Shown here one piece after another: positions 10,240-22,186 of a stretch of 64,000 nucleotides of DNA (its first letter is position 1; each line of letters opens with the position of its first letter). Source of the DNA: Chiloscyllium plagiosum (lineage: Eukaryota); NCBI RefSeq assembly GCF_004010195.1, contig NC_057720.1, positions 36,700,334 through 36,764,333 of the forward strand. The letters run 5' to 3'. A program made the translations under genes and the position numbers. The notes below the pieces were generated by a model. That model was not told the origin of the DNA and searched no databases. It saw only the letters and a program-made list of their open reading frames with translations.

Positions 10240-11270
10240 GAAGCCCGCTCCCTACATCAGTGATGGAGCGTCCATCCACTCATGTCAGCTCCGCCCTCTC
10301 CGAATAGCGATCTATAAAGCAGAGGCAACTCCGCCCCCTTCTCCCTGCCCATTCCATCCGCACCAATCAGCGCGTGTCGCTGGGTCCCCGCCTCCACACG
10401 CTGCCGACTGGAGCTCCGCGCGCTGTACCACCACCATCCCGCTCGCACGGCTCACAGGAGCTTTTCGCTCTCCCGCGCGGCCGACTGGAGCTCAATCCCA
10501 ACTATCCCGGAACATTGGAGCTCCGCCCACCCGTGGCCCACGCGGCCACTGGAGCTCCGCCCCACTCGCGCGGTACCATACTGGCGCTCCGCCCACACAC
10601 TCTGCTCACTGGAGCTCCACCCCCCGCGCAGCCCGCTGGTCCACCGTTACACGGCTCGCCGTCGGTCTGGCCTTCGTTTTGGAGCTCCGCCTCCTCCATC
10701 ACAACCCCCTGAGCTTCATATCTGCCCCGCCCATTGTCCGACGTTTGGCCCCATCAAGTATCGTTGGGCCGCATCAAATTGGTTAGTCCCGCCCAGTCCG
10801 TGGCTCCTGGCTCGCTGAGTGGCTGAACGCTGCTGTCAGTCTGCGTTCGTGTTCACCCTGGGCGCAGGCGGAGGGATGCAACTAAGCGAGGCACGTAGGC
10901 CCCCCGAGTGTTGGGTCAAATAAATAAATAAACAAACAAACAGTAAGTGAGGTGGGCTTGGATCCCCTGCTTTAATAGACAACGGTCAGCCAGAAGCTCT
11001 TATTTGTTTATTGCGGTGCAGTGGTTTGGCTTTCCTCCGGGTGTCAGGCTAAACTCGGGGGTGGGTGGAAGCTGGGCAGTGCCGCGCCCTTTCGTCGATC
11101 ACAGACAAGTGCCGTTCAGCTCTGCAGGAACCGGGGCCTTCGTCGTTTCTTATACGAGTGTCGGGGGGGGTGGAGTCGAGGGAGGGGTGGGGGTCGCAGG
11201 TGGATGAGTTCTTCTAGTGGTCACAACAGTGACTTGAGACAACCCAGAGCCGTCTAAGGAGTACGCGATG
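10240..11270. promoter_or_regulatory. CpG island, probable TESK2 promoter
   Basis: Abrupt GC/CpG-rich block in AT-rich DNA, multiple CCGCCC boxes, CCAAT 10363-10367 and ATTGG 10778-10782; upstream of the first coding exon. Confidence 0.8.
10830..10942 (+). other. TESK2: Probable non-coding exon 1 of TESK2 (start approximate)
   Basis: Follows the CCAAT and GC boxes and ends at a consensus donor GTAAGT (10943-10948). The ATG-containing exon at 37826 has a splice acceptor and so needs an upstream exon. Contains a (TAAA)n(CAAA)n microsatellite. Confidence 0.55.
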
Positions 11271-12331
11271 TTTGCTTATTTCTCATTCTTTTCAATGTTT
11301 ATATGACCCAAATAACTTTACAAGCATCTGTCTGATTTTAAATTGAACATTACTAATTATGATGACAGCTGAGCCGTTTCTGTTTGAAGGTAGTGCTGGC
11401 ATTTATTAGATCGATCTAGTCTTCAATTCTTCAGTTTACATGCGTAGAGAAGGTTATACATGCTCAATTGGATGTTGGTTGATTTCCTTTATAGCCTTTG
11501 TTTTTAATTTAATGTTGTTATTTGAGGAAAGTTGGAATTTTCAAGGCCACGCTTTCTCTAGTCTAGAAGATGTTAAATTGTTGTTCGTAAGCTCATGCCT
11601 GGGTTCTGCTGACATTTGAGTTTTTCTTCCCTTCTGTGCCATCCTATCTCTGTAGTGGCATTTGTTTCTGTTTCATTCTGCAACCAGGCGTTATGCTGTT
11701 TAACAATGTGGCCATTCTTACAAATGACACATCATTTAAGTTTTGCGGATAGCAGTTATGTTTCAGAGAGACCAATATCTTGAAGTTGACCTAATGTGTT
11801 TCATTACAGGAAGCTGAAATTTTAATGTGGAATAATCTATGCAGTGTTAAAGATTAAAATTGAGATTTAAATGTCAAATCATTCTTCAGAATAATTAATC
11901 ATGATATTTTGCAAAAATTGAGAGGTTCTTATTTGTCTTAGTTTGAGTGAAGGAATAATAGTAGTTTTCCCAGAAAGAAAAATCCTCAGTGGTTTTATCG
12001 TTCCTTTAATAAATTACAAGGTCATTAGATTAAACTTTGAGAAAGGTATAGGGCCAACCATGGTAACTGAAATCTTGAATGGAGATAATTTAGTAAATCT
12101 TGTTACAGCTCTGTTTTTGTAATGCATTTTGAAAAAAGAAACTTGGAAAATTAAACGATTAGGGGATATTTTATAGAATTAAAGATTGACAGATTACGTT
12201 GAAAGTAAATGTGAATCTGTTTTAGCAGATGATTCAGATTTAAGATAATTGGTAAAAGAACCAGATATGAGATGAGAGGCTTTGGGATGTGCCATCTAAA
12301 AGCGTGGTGGGTACAGGTTTAGTATCTTCGA

Positions 12332-12413
12332 GGAGAAAGTGAGGGTTGGAGATCAGAGCTGAAAATGTGTTGTTGCCTGACCTGTTGCGCTTTTCCAGCA
12401 ACACATTTTCAGC
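12332..12413. mobile_element. Short Penelope-like terminus in inverted (fold-back) arrangement
   Basis: GCTGAAAATGTGTTG...CAACACATTTTCAGC inverted repeat, flanked by ACAGGTTTAGTAT at 12313-12325 and 12414-12426. Confidence 0.7.
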
Positions 12414-13229
12414 ACAGGTTTAGTATGCCTTGTGAAAGGGATTCAAACATGTGCCTCAAAAGGATTTTTTTCTTTGGCTTAATAGAATGGAGTTATTTGA
12501 AAGGATCTTTCAAGGACTTTTCATTAATCGCTTGTATGATGTGGATGTCATTAACTGGGCCAATATATGTTGCTTTTGCCCTTGTGAAGATCATAGTGAG
12601 CAGCCTTGAATTGCAACAGTCCATGTGCTATAGCGAGACCATGCTATTAAGGAAGGAATTCCAGAATTTTGACCAGGTGACTGTGAAAAAGTTTGCAAAG
12701 TAAGATGTGTTAAATGGCATGTCCTTTCATCCTGGTGCTGCTCTCTGGTGATACAGCATATCTTGAGATAATCTAGTTGAGAATAAATTGAATATTATAT
12801 AACCACAATCAAATTTAGGACTTTCATGACCTTAGTCTGCTGATATAAATTATAGATTAAGCCTGCTTCATGTTAGCCTAATCAGTCAATACAAGTAGCA
12901 TTTTGTACGCTATATCGAAGCACTCTAACTGCTGTTCTGAAGAATTACATAGCCTGTTTCTACATTATGTATTCTATTAAGACTAACCTGTACATACCAA
13001 TATATGTTCTCTAATCAAGCATTTTCATGTCCTTTCTCACCCAATGGTAAACTTTCCCCCTAACATTTTTTTTAGCATCCTATTAAATGAATCTATATGA
13101 TTAGTATATTTCATATGCTGGCAAATTTCATATTTTTATCACTAGATAAAGACATTTATTCATGTTTCATGCTTTCTAGTTGACTATCTTAAATTGCTAA
13201 TTCTATCTTTCCTTTTCCTTGTCACATTT

Positions 13230-13805
13230 GTTCAGAAGATGAACTTTCAACTTCATATACATGCTATCTCTAAAACTGCAATTTCCACTTCTGTCACATT
13301 GTTTAACTTCGTCCCTATCTCAGGTCATTTTTTGCTGAAACCCATATTCATACTTTCTTTACCTCTGGATTGACTATAACATGATACTCTTGACTGGCTG
13401 CCCAAAATCTACTTTGGCTGAATATGAAATCATGCTGCTCTTTTTCTTCCCTTATCACCTTTAAGCTTGTTGACCACATTGGCTTCAAGTCAGACAATGC
13501 CTTTATTTTTAAAATTCTCATCTTTGGTTCCAGATTTCTCCATAGTCTACTCCTCCCCATCCCTAATGTTCACCAGCTTCAGATATCTAACCTCTGGAAG
13601 AACCCAAATTTTCAATTCTTCATTTTGTGGTCATGCCTTCAATTGTCTAGGCCCTGTGGTGTGGAAAGCCCTCTCTGCACATTTCTGTCTGTCTTCATTC
13701 CTCTTTTTAAAGTATTCCTTAAAACCTATGTCTTTGACCAGACTTTTGGTCATCTGATGTAACGTCTCTTTGTGGTTTGATGTCATAATTCTGTTTATAA
13801 TGTTC
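13230..13805 (+). mobile_element. Old L2-like LINE 3' fragment
   Basis: Degenerate ORF2 end and tail TTAAAACCTATGTCTTTGACCAGACTTTTGGTCA; a related tail occurs near 6720-6880. Confidence 0.5.
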
Positions 13806-13809
13806 CTAG

Positions 13810-14308
13810 CTGGGGTACTATGCAGTTCTTGTTACCACACTTCAGGAAGGTCATAATTCTACTAGAAGGGATATGAAGGATGTTCACCAGAATGTTGCTT
13901 GGAGTGGACCATTTTAGCTATGAAGAGAGGTTGTATAAGCTTGTGTTGATTTCTTTGGAGCAGAAAAGGCTGTGTGGGCCCTCATTGAGGTATATAAGAT
14001 TGTGAGTGACATCGATGGGTGGATAGGAGCAGCTGTTCCCCTTTGAATAATGAAGGGGCATCATTTTAAGGGAAAGGACTGAAGTTTTAGACTAAGTTAA
14101 AACCTTTTCTAACCCAAAGGGAGGCAGGAATCTGGAATGCACTGGCTAGAACAGTGGTAAGCGTTAACCTTTTTAAAAAAAAAATGTGGATGAAGGCCTC
14201 AAATGTAATAGCTTTCCAAATTATCCAACAAATATTTGAAAGTGGGACTAGTATAGGTTGGCACAGACGTGATGTGCTGAAGTCCCTCTTTTGTGATGTG
14301 TGACTCTG
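13810..14308 (+). mobile_element. Degenerate CR1 LINE 3' fragment
   Basis: Collinear with the CR1 copy at 9155-9942 but more diverged. Confidence 0.7.
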
Positions 14309-14894
14309 AAATTAAAGTTTACAGGTACTGCAAGGGAGACTTTTTTTTAAGAGAAATATTTCCTTCTATGCTAATAGAAGAATTGGAATTTGCAGCCCTT
14401 GCTGATCATGTGGTCTTAATCTTAATGACAAAAGTCCATGAGCTCATTGCATTTATTGGGGGGAAGGATGGTGGAGACAGGAAGAAGGGACTCATGAAGA
14501 AAAAATGACGAAAGGTGATAAACCAATTTGAGGCAAGTGTGTTTCCTTCAAAGGTTCCACTTGTCAGTGGTATGATGTTGAGCACACATTGGTCACAGCT
14601 TACTATTTATGCTAAGGAAGTTGTACATCCTGTCTGAAAATTGCCGATATGCTGCCAAGAGACAACATCTTGGTAAACTTAGCCTATGAAAGCCGAATTA
14701 TTGTTGTGTGTTGAGTCTTGGGATGCTAGTCTAAATTAAACTTTATTTTGATTCTTGTTGTAATCTTCAATTCATGCAGAGTTTTGTAGAGGTTAACAAA
14801 AATGGCATGAATCATTACTATGAATTGATTTTTAGTTGACCATTTGGAATTAGTTTTGCACGTGTTATATGACGCATAATCCTGTCTCAAGAAT

Positions 14895-17250
14895 AGGCAT
14901 CCATGAAGTGCTCTGGGCCAGCAGTAGTAGAATTGTACTCCAACACAATCTCCAACCTCATGGCTTGCATATCCCTCACTCAATCTTTACCATCAAACTA
15001 GGGGATCAACCCTAGTTCAATGGAGAGTGCAACAGGGCATGCTAGAAGCAGCACCAGGCATACCTGAAAATGAGGTGTTAACCTGGTGAAGCTCCCAAAC
15101 AGAACTACTTAGCTGCCATACAGCATGAGCAAGTGATAGACAGAGCAGAGCAAACCCACAGCCAATGGATTAGATGTAAGCTCTGCCGTCCTACCACACC
15201 CAGTCGTGAATGGGGGTGATCAGTTAAACAGCTCACTGGAGGATGGTCCCCAAATATGCCCATCCTTGATTGAAGAGACTAGCACGTCAGTGCAAAGATA
15301 AGGCTGAAGCATTTGCCATATGGATGATCCATCTCTTCTACTTCCAGAGTCCCCATCATTACAGATACTAGTCTTTAGCCAAATCAGTTTACTCCATATG
15401 ATGTCAAGAAACGGTTGGAGGCTATGAGCCCTGACAACATTCTTGCGATATTACTGAAGACTTGTGGTCCAGAGCTTGTCGCTCCCCTCGCCAAGCTGTT
15501 CCAGTACAGTTACAGCACTGGCATCCACCTGACAATGTAGAAAATTGCCCAGGTACCCAGGACATAAAAAGTAGGAAAAATACAACCCTGCCAATTATCA
15601 CTCCATCATTTTGCTCCTGATCGTCATTACAGTGCTATCAAGAGTTATTACTCAGCAATAACATGCTCAGTGTTGCCCAATTTAAATTCCTCCAAGGCCA
15701 CTCTGCTTCTGACTTCATTACAGCCTTGATTCAAACACAGATAAAACAGCTGGATTCCAGAGGTGAGGTGAGAGTGACAACACTTGACATCAGGGCTACA
15801 TTTGACCAAGTATGGCATCAAGGAGTCCCAGCAAAACTGCAATCAATGGGTATCAGAGAGCAAACTCTCTGCTGGTTGGAGTCATATCTGGCATATAGGA
15901 AAATGGCCATGGTTGTTGGTGGTCAGTCATCCCAGCTTCAGGTTATCTCTGCAGGAGTTCCTCAGGGTAGTGTCCTGGACCTAACCATCTTCAGCTGCTT
16001 CATCAATGAACTTCCTTCCATCATAAGTTCAGAAGTGGAGGTGTTTGCTGATGACTGTATAATTTTCAGTACCATTTGTGACTCCTCAGATACTGAAGCA
16101 GTCAACAAGATCTAGACAATATCCTGGCTTTGGCTAATAATTGGCAAGTAATATTCGTGCCACACAAATGTCAGGCAGTTACCATCTCCATTTAAGAGTT
16201 AATCTAATCACTGTCCCTAGACAGTCAATGGTGCTGTCATCACTGAATCCCCCACTGTCAGCTACCCAGAATGTTACAATCAACTAGAAATTCAGTAGGA
16301 CTCTCCACCTAAACACAGTGGCTACAAGGGCAGGTCAGAGGCTAGGAATACCATGGTGAATAATGCACCTGATGTCCCCAAAGCTTTTCACCATCTACAA
16401 AGCACAAGTCAGGAGTGTGATAGAATACTCCCCACTTGCCTGGATGGGTGCAACAACACTCGAGTTTGATATCATGCAGGACAAAGCAGCCCGCTTGATT
16501 GTGCAGACATTCCCTCCACGACCGTCACTCAGCAGCAGCAGTGTTTTTTTATATTCATTCATGGGATGAGGGTGTTGATGGCTGGGCCAGCATTTATTGC
16601 CTATCTCTAATTGCCTAGAATTGAGTGTCAACGATATTGCTGTGTGTCTGGGCTCACATATAGGTCAAGTAAGGATGGCAGATTTCCTTTCCTGTGTGAC
16701 ATTGGAAAACTCATCTGGTTCACTAATGATCAATAATGGATTTATCGTCATTATTAGACTTAATTCCAGATTTTTTGGAATTCAAATTCCATCATCTGCC
16801 ACTGGGATTTGAACCTGGGTCCCCAGAACATTGCCTGGGTCTCTGGGTTAATAGTCAAGCAATAATAACACAAGGCCATTGCCTCCCTTCCCTGTATTAT
16901 CTATAAGACGCACTGCAGAAATCCACCAAAGATCCAGACAGCACCTTCCAAACCCATGATCATTTCCATCTAGAAAGACAAGGGCAGCACATACATAGGA
17001 GCAGCACTGTCTGCAAGTTCCTGTTCAAGTCACTTACCATCCTGACTTGGAAATGTATTGCCATTCCTTTACTGTCGCTGGGTCAAAATCTTGTAATTCC
17101 TTCCTTGAAGGCCTTGTGAGTCAACCTACAGCATGTGGATTGAAGCAGTTTTAAGGAGGCAACTCACCACCACCTTAAGGGCAAATAGGGATGGGCTATA
17201 AAATGCTGACCAGCCAACGATGTCCATGTGCCATGAGTGAATGTAAAATA
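14895..17250 (+). mobile_element. CR1/L2-group LINE (family B), decayed RT and 3' tail, interrupted by a SINE
   Basis: RT motifs LDIRATFDQVWH, GVPQGSVL and VFADD (ORF 15663-16115); C-terminal YKAQVRSVIEYSPLAW; tail ...AAATGCTG...CATGAGTGAAT. Confidence 0.88.
16544..16887 (-). mobile_element. tRNA-derived SINE (family B) inserted in the family-B LINE
   Basis: Minus strand has a B box GGTTCAAATCCC, a central GGAAATCTGCCATCCTTAC domain and the family-B LINE tail; matches the copy at 46074-46420. Confidence 0.8.
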
Positions 17251-17354
17251 AAAAAATGATTTTTAGGCCTTTATTCACATTATGATCTCAGTTGATGGTG
17301 CTGCTAAGTTTGTCATCCATGTTTGCTTTTGTTTATTTCATTAACATTGTGGTC

Positions 17355-18270
17355 TGTTATGAAGATGTATTTACATGTGGCTGCAGGTTTTCTTTAATGG
17401 CACAACAGAGATTTAGTGCACAAAACAAGAAATGAGTTGAAGTCAAGTTACCTAACAAAGAATACAATTTAGAAAAATCTTAAAATGCCACAGCTAAAGT
17501 ACCTGCAAGGTTCAGCCATTTTTTTGACACAATGTTAGAAATGCAAATCCAAATGAATTAAACACCCTTTCTCAAATCCTTCTTCACTGATGTTTGACTG
17601 TTCCTTTGCCATGTACTGTAGATGAAATTCAGTCTGTCTTTTCCAAATGTATCAACATGAACTGTTTCACAGTTCTAAGAGCCTAAGCTTTCTCAGTTCT
17701 AGTAATCTGCAGATTTCGCGCCAGAATCTCCTGGTTTGGAAGTTCCACGAAGTAAATTTTTGCTACTGTGGTAACTTTTTTATTCACTTTTTTTTCTAGG
17801 AGAGAAGCTATGCATGTTTCTGACCCCAGTCAAGTCTCTCCCAAAGTCCTCCTTTAAAATTTTAATCTTTGGATTTTCTAAACTAAAATCAATCTTTGAT
17901 TCTTCTGAAAATCAGCCGAAAGTGTTTCATTTTTACTGTACATGTCACATAGCAGATATTGAGCCACGTGGCCTTTTGTTGGCTGCTTCCAGTCTTTATT
18001 TTTGAATAAAGGAGTTACACTTGCTTTTTCAATCTATTGGAACCTTCTATGAATCAATTATCTCACTTTTAAAATCTAAGGTTGAAGTCTATCAGGACCT
18101 GGGGAGTTGTCAGCTCACAGCTCCAATGATTTGCTCAATACTTCTCATTTGGAATAGTGAATTAGTAACGCATGATGTCACTGAGTGGAAGATAAAATTA
18201 AAAAAAAACTGTCCTCAGTCAAAGATGTGTTTGCCAATTGAAAGTTTGGCGATTGTTTTCACAACGTTTG
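17355..18270. mobile_element. Possible degenerate solo LTR (far end uncertain)
   Basis: Begins TGTTATGAAGATG, the reverse complement of the terminus CATCTTCATAACA of the solo LTR ending at 22186. Confidence 0.35.
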
Positions 18271-19790
18271 GGTTGGGGGGAGTGAGTGGGTAATCAGAAG
18301 ATGAGGCAAACAATACCTTACTCGGTTCACCACTATTAGGGGGGGGTTAGAAATTAAGTCTGCAATGTGTTAAAACTTTATTGTGCTTGTGTGCTAATAT
18401 TAGCTGTTCATTAACTTGTACAGAGAAACCAGAACTATCTGTGTACAGGAAACCAAGCTGTCCAAACAGCAATCTATCAGCTCAATTAGTCTTTTGGACT
18501 TTTTACAAGAAAGGGAGAGAGGTGTAAAAATAGTTCCCAATGTAAATTTCCTGGCTGTATTTTGAAAACAGATACAATTCTAAAATTCTCAATGCAGCAT
18601 ATTTCCCACAGAATATATTTGGTTAGAATAATTACTTTTAACTAGATTAGAGAAACCTTGGTTTTAACTTTTTCAGACTTCAAACTATAAATTTATTTTC
18701 TTTCTAAGCCATAGTATTTTAAATTTGCGCGGATTTTAGAAGATAAATGTTCTGAAATTGTTAGAAATTTATGTTTTCCTTGGGGCCATGGACTGAAGGA
18801 TGCATTCCTTTATTAAAAGGATTTCCTTTAACACATACTTCGTTACTGAAGTTCTATCTGATCATAACTTTTCTACTTAATTTATCTTGAAGGTTCTTTT
18901 ATTAGTTGTTTTGTTGTTTTTAAGGATGTAAATATTGCTTAAACAAGTACATGTTTTAAGTATTAGAGCTATATTAATTAACCACCTACATTAACAGGTG
19001 TGTTTTATAATAGCCAGATAGTCGTAAATTTCTTTCAGCTCTATAGTTTAAATTACACTCACAAAAGATTGAAAAGAAGCACCGGTAAATCAATGGGAAC
19101 ACAGGAGCAGCAACTTTCATTATTTCCTCTAAAATTACCGATATGGTTGGTATTTTTATAACCTGGTTTAAACATGAACTGCAAGATGTTAATTCCAAGA
19201 TGAACACTTAATGGTTAATCATTTATTATTTTGTATCTCTAGTTTTCTATTGTAGTTTTTGACCATTAGTGCAAGAACCAAGCAGTAGAAGTTAATAGCC
19301 AGTCGAGTTTTGTTTCACATTGGGAAATTTTTTTTCTGAACTTCTTAAGAATTTGAGAAAAGTAAACTGTTTCTGATGAGCTAATCCACAGAGCATTGGC
19401 TTAAACCTATTCTATTAAATGCAGCTTGTTTTTAAATGTGGAAATTTTCTAATCTGGCTGTACATGCATCGGAAAAGGCAAGGACTGATTAGGGGTAGAA
19501 TGGCTTTCTGTGTGGGAAATCATGTCTCACGAACTTGATTGAGTTTTTTTTTTGAAGAAGTAACAAAGAGGATTGACAAGGGCAGATTGGTAGATGTGAT
19601 CTATATGGACTTCAGTAAGGCATTCAGCAAGGTTCTTTGTGATAGACTGGTTGATTGGATCTCATGGAATACAGGGTGGACTTGTCATTTGGATACAGAA
19701 CTGGCATGAAGTTAGAAGACAGGTGGTGGTTGAGGGTTGCTTATTAGACTGGAGGCCTGTGACCAGTGATGTGCCACATCGATCAGCACT

Positions 19791-20887
19791 AGAATCGTAG
19801 AGATGTACAGCATGGAAACAGACCCTTTGGTCCAACCCGTCCATGCCGACCAGATATCCCAACCCAAACAAGTCCCACCTACCAGCACTCGGCCCATATC
19901 CCTCCGAACCCTTCCTATTCATATACCCATCCAAATGCCTCTTAAATGTTGCAATTGTACCAGCCTCCTCCACTTCCTCTGGCAGTTCATTCCATACACA
20001 TACCACCCTCTATGTGAAAAAGTTGCCCCATAGGTCTCTTTTGTATCTTTCCCCTCTCACCCGAAACCTATGCCCTCTAGTTCTGGACTCCCTGACCCCA
20101 GGGAAAAGACTTTGCCTATTTACCTTATCCATGCCCCTCATAATTTTGTAAACTTCTATAAGGTCACCCCTCAGCCTCCGACGCTCCAGGGAAAACAGCC
20201 CCAGCCTGTTCAGCCTCTCCCTATAGCTTAAATCCTCCAACCCTGGTAACATCCTTGTAAATCTTTTCTGAACCCTTTCAAGTTTCACAACATCTTTCCG
20301 ATAGGAAGGAGACAGGAATTGCACACAATATTCCAACAGTGGCCTAACCAATGTCCTGTACAGCCGCAACATGACCTCCCAACTCCTGTACTCAATACTC
20401 TGACCAATAAAGGAAAGCATACCAAAAGCCGCCTTCACTATCCTATCTACCTGTGACTCCACTTTCAAGGAGCTATGACCTGCACTCCATGGTCTCTTTG
20501 TTCAGCAACACTCCCTAGGACCTTACCATTAAATTTACAAGTCCTGCTAAGATTTGCTTTCCCAAAATGCAGCACCTCGCATTTATCTGAATTAAACTCC
20601 ACCCGCCACTTCTCAGCCCATTGGCCCATCTGGTCCAGATCCTGTTGTGGTGGTGGTGGTCCAGATCCACCACCACCCTCTGTCTTCTACCTTTTTCAGC
20701 CAGTTCTGTATCCAAATGGCTAGTTCTCCCTGTATTCCGTGAGATCTAACCTTGCTAATCAGTCTCCCATGGGGAACCTTATCGAACGCCTTACTGAAGT
20801 CCATGTAGGTCACATCTACCGCTCTGCCCTCATCAATTCTCTTTGTTACTTCTTCAAAAAACTCAATCAAGTTTGTGAGACATGAAA
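19791..20887 (-). mobile_element. Younger CR1 LINE inserted antisense into the host CR1
   Basis: Minus-strand ORFs 20613-20894 (MDFSKAFDKVPH) and 20010-20468 (LVRPLLEYCVQF, LERRRLRGDLIEVYK); internal deletion near 20650. Confidence 0.9.
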
Positions 20888-21289
20888 GGTCCACTGCTTT
20901 TTGTCATTTATAAAAATGATTTGGATGTGAACACAGAACTTATATTTAGTAAATTTGCAGATGAAACCAAAATTGGAGGTGTAGTGGACAGTTGAGAAGG
21001 CTACCTCTGAGCACAATGGGATCTTGATCAGATGGGGCAATGGGCTGAGAAGTGGCAGACGGAGTTTAATTTAGATAAATTTTGGGAAAGCAAATCTTAG
21101 CAGGACTTATACACTTAATGGTAAGGTCCTAGGGAGTGTTGCTGAACAAAGAGACCTTTTAGAGTGCAGGTTCATAGTTCCTTGGAAGTAGAATCGCAGG
21201 TAGGTAGGATAGTGACGAAGGCATTTAGTATGCTTTCCTTTATTGAATATAGGAGTTGGGAGGTCATGTTGCAGTTGTGCAGGACATTG

Positions 21290-22186
21290 TGTTACGATAC
21301 AGGGTGACACCAACAACACAGGAAAGATTTATCCCATGTGAGAGGCCAAGAACTATTTAAAGTAAAAATTAATTAGTTTATTTCTTAAAGTATAACAGAG
21401 AATAATTAACTAACAACTATTTACAACTCCTTCCTCTAATTATATTTTATCTTCCTTTCTATAATACGAGTAAAACGAGTATAGTAAAACACCCGATTTA
21501 AGATTTACCGAAAAATTCAAATTTTAAAACCAGTCAGCCGTCGCATCTCCTCTTTGCAAATTTGCTCTCCAGGTCAGTGTCGATGTCTGTGCAAACCCCT
21601 TCTCTAGACAAGTACCTCTCAGACAGTTCTGACTAGCAATCTACATCTGTTGGTCTGGTGGCAGTTCTCCTCTTAACTGTTCAATTTTCCATGGTCTTAT
21701 ACCACACCACCAAAGCATCGGATTGTGTCATTGGCTTTTAAGATGGTCAATATACTAAATCCAGACTTGATTAGAATTTGGTATTTTCTTTTTGAGGTAT
21801 AATTTAAACTAATTGGCCTAATTCAAATCTGTTTTTGTCTCCAGGCGACCAGCTACACTAACTGCTAGACCACGTAGAACATAGCACAGTACAACGCAGG
21901 ACAGGCCTTTCGGCCCTCAATGTCGCACCGACCTGTGAACCATTCTCGGCTCGTCCCCCTACACTATCCCAAAATCATCCATGTCCTTCTTTAAGGATTG
22001 TTTAAATCTCCCTAATGTGGCTGAGTTGACTACGTTAGCAGGTAGGGTATTACACGCCCTTACCACTCTCTGCATAAAGAACGTGCTACATTGTATCTTG
22101 TTGAGAACACTTGGTGCTGTCAGGTAGTTCTAACTTTTAACTTTCTTAACTTTCTTAAAGGTACAGTCACCCACATCTTCATAACA
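21290..22186 (-). mobile_element. Solo LTR containing a CR1 3'-end fragment (about 21876-22082)
   Basis: TGTTACGA...TCATAACA inverted termini, flanks CATTG / AATTG (imperfect TSD), interrupts the CR1 cleanly. Orientation inferred from minus-strand TATAAG and AATAAA. Confidence 0.75.

Noticed and set aside
10374..10712. ORFs in the CpG island, and a CRISPR-like reading of the motif-spacer array
   Set aside because: GC-rich DNA is poor in stop codons and the peptides are low-complexity with no recognisable domain. The repeats are only 11-15 bp, degenerate and irregularly spaced.
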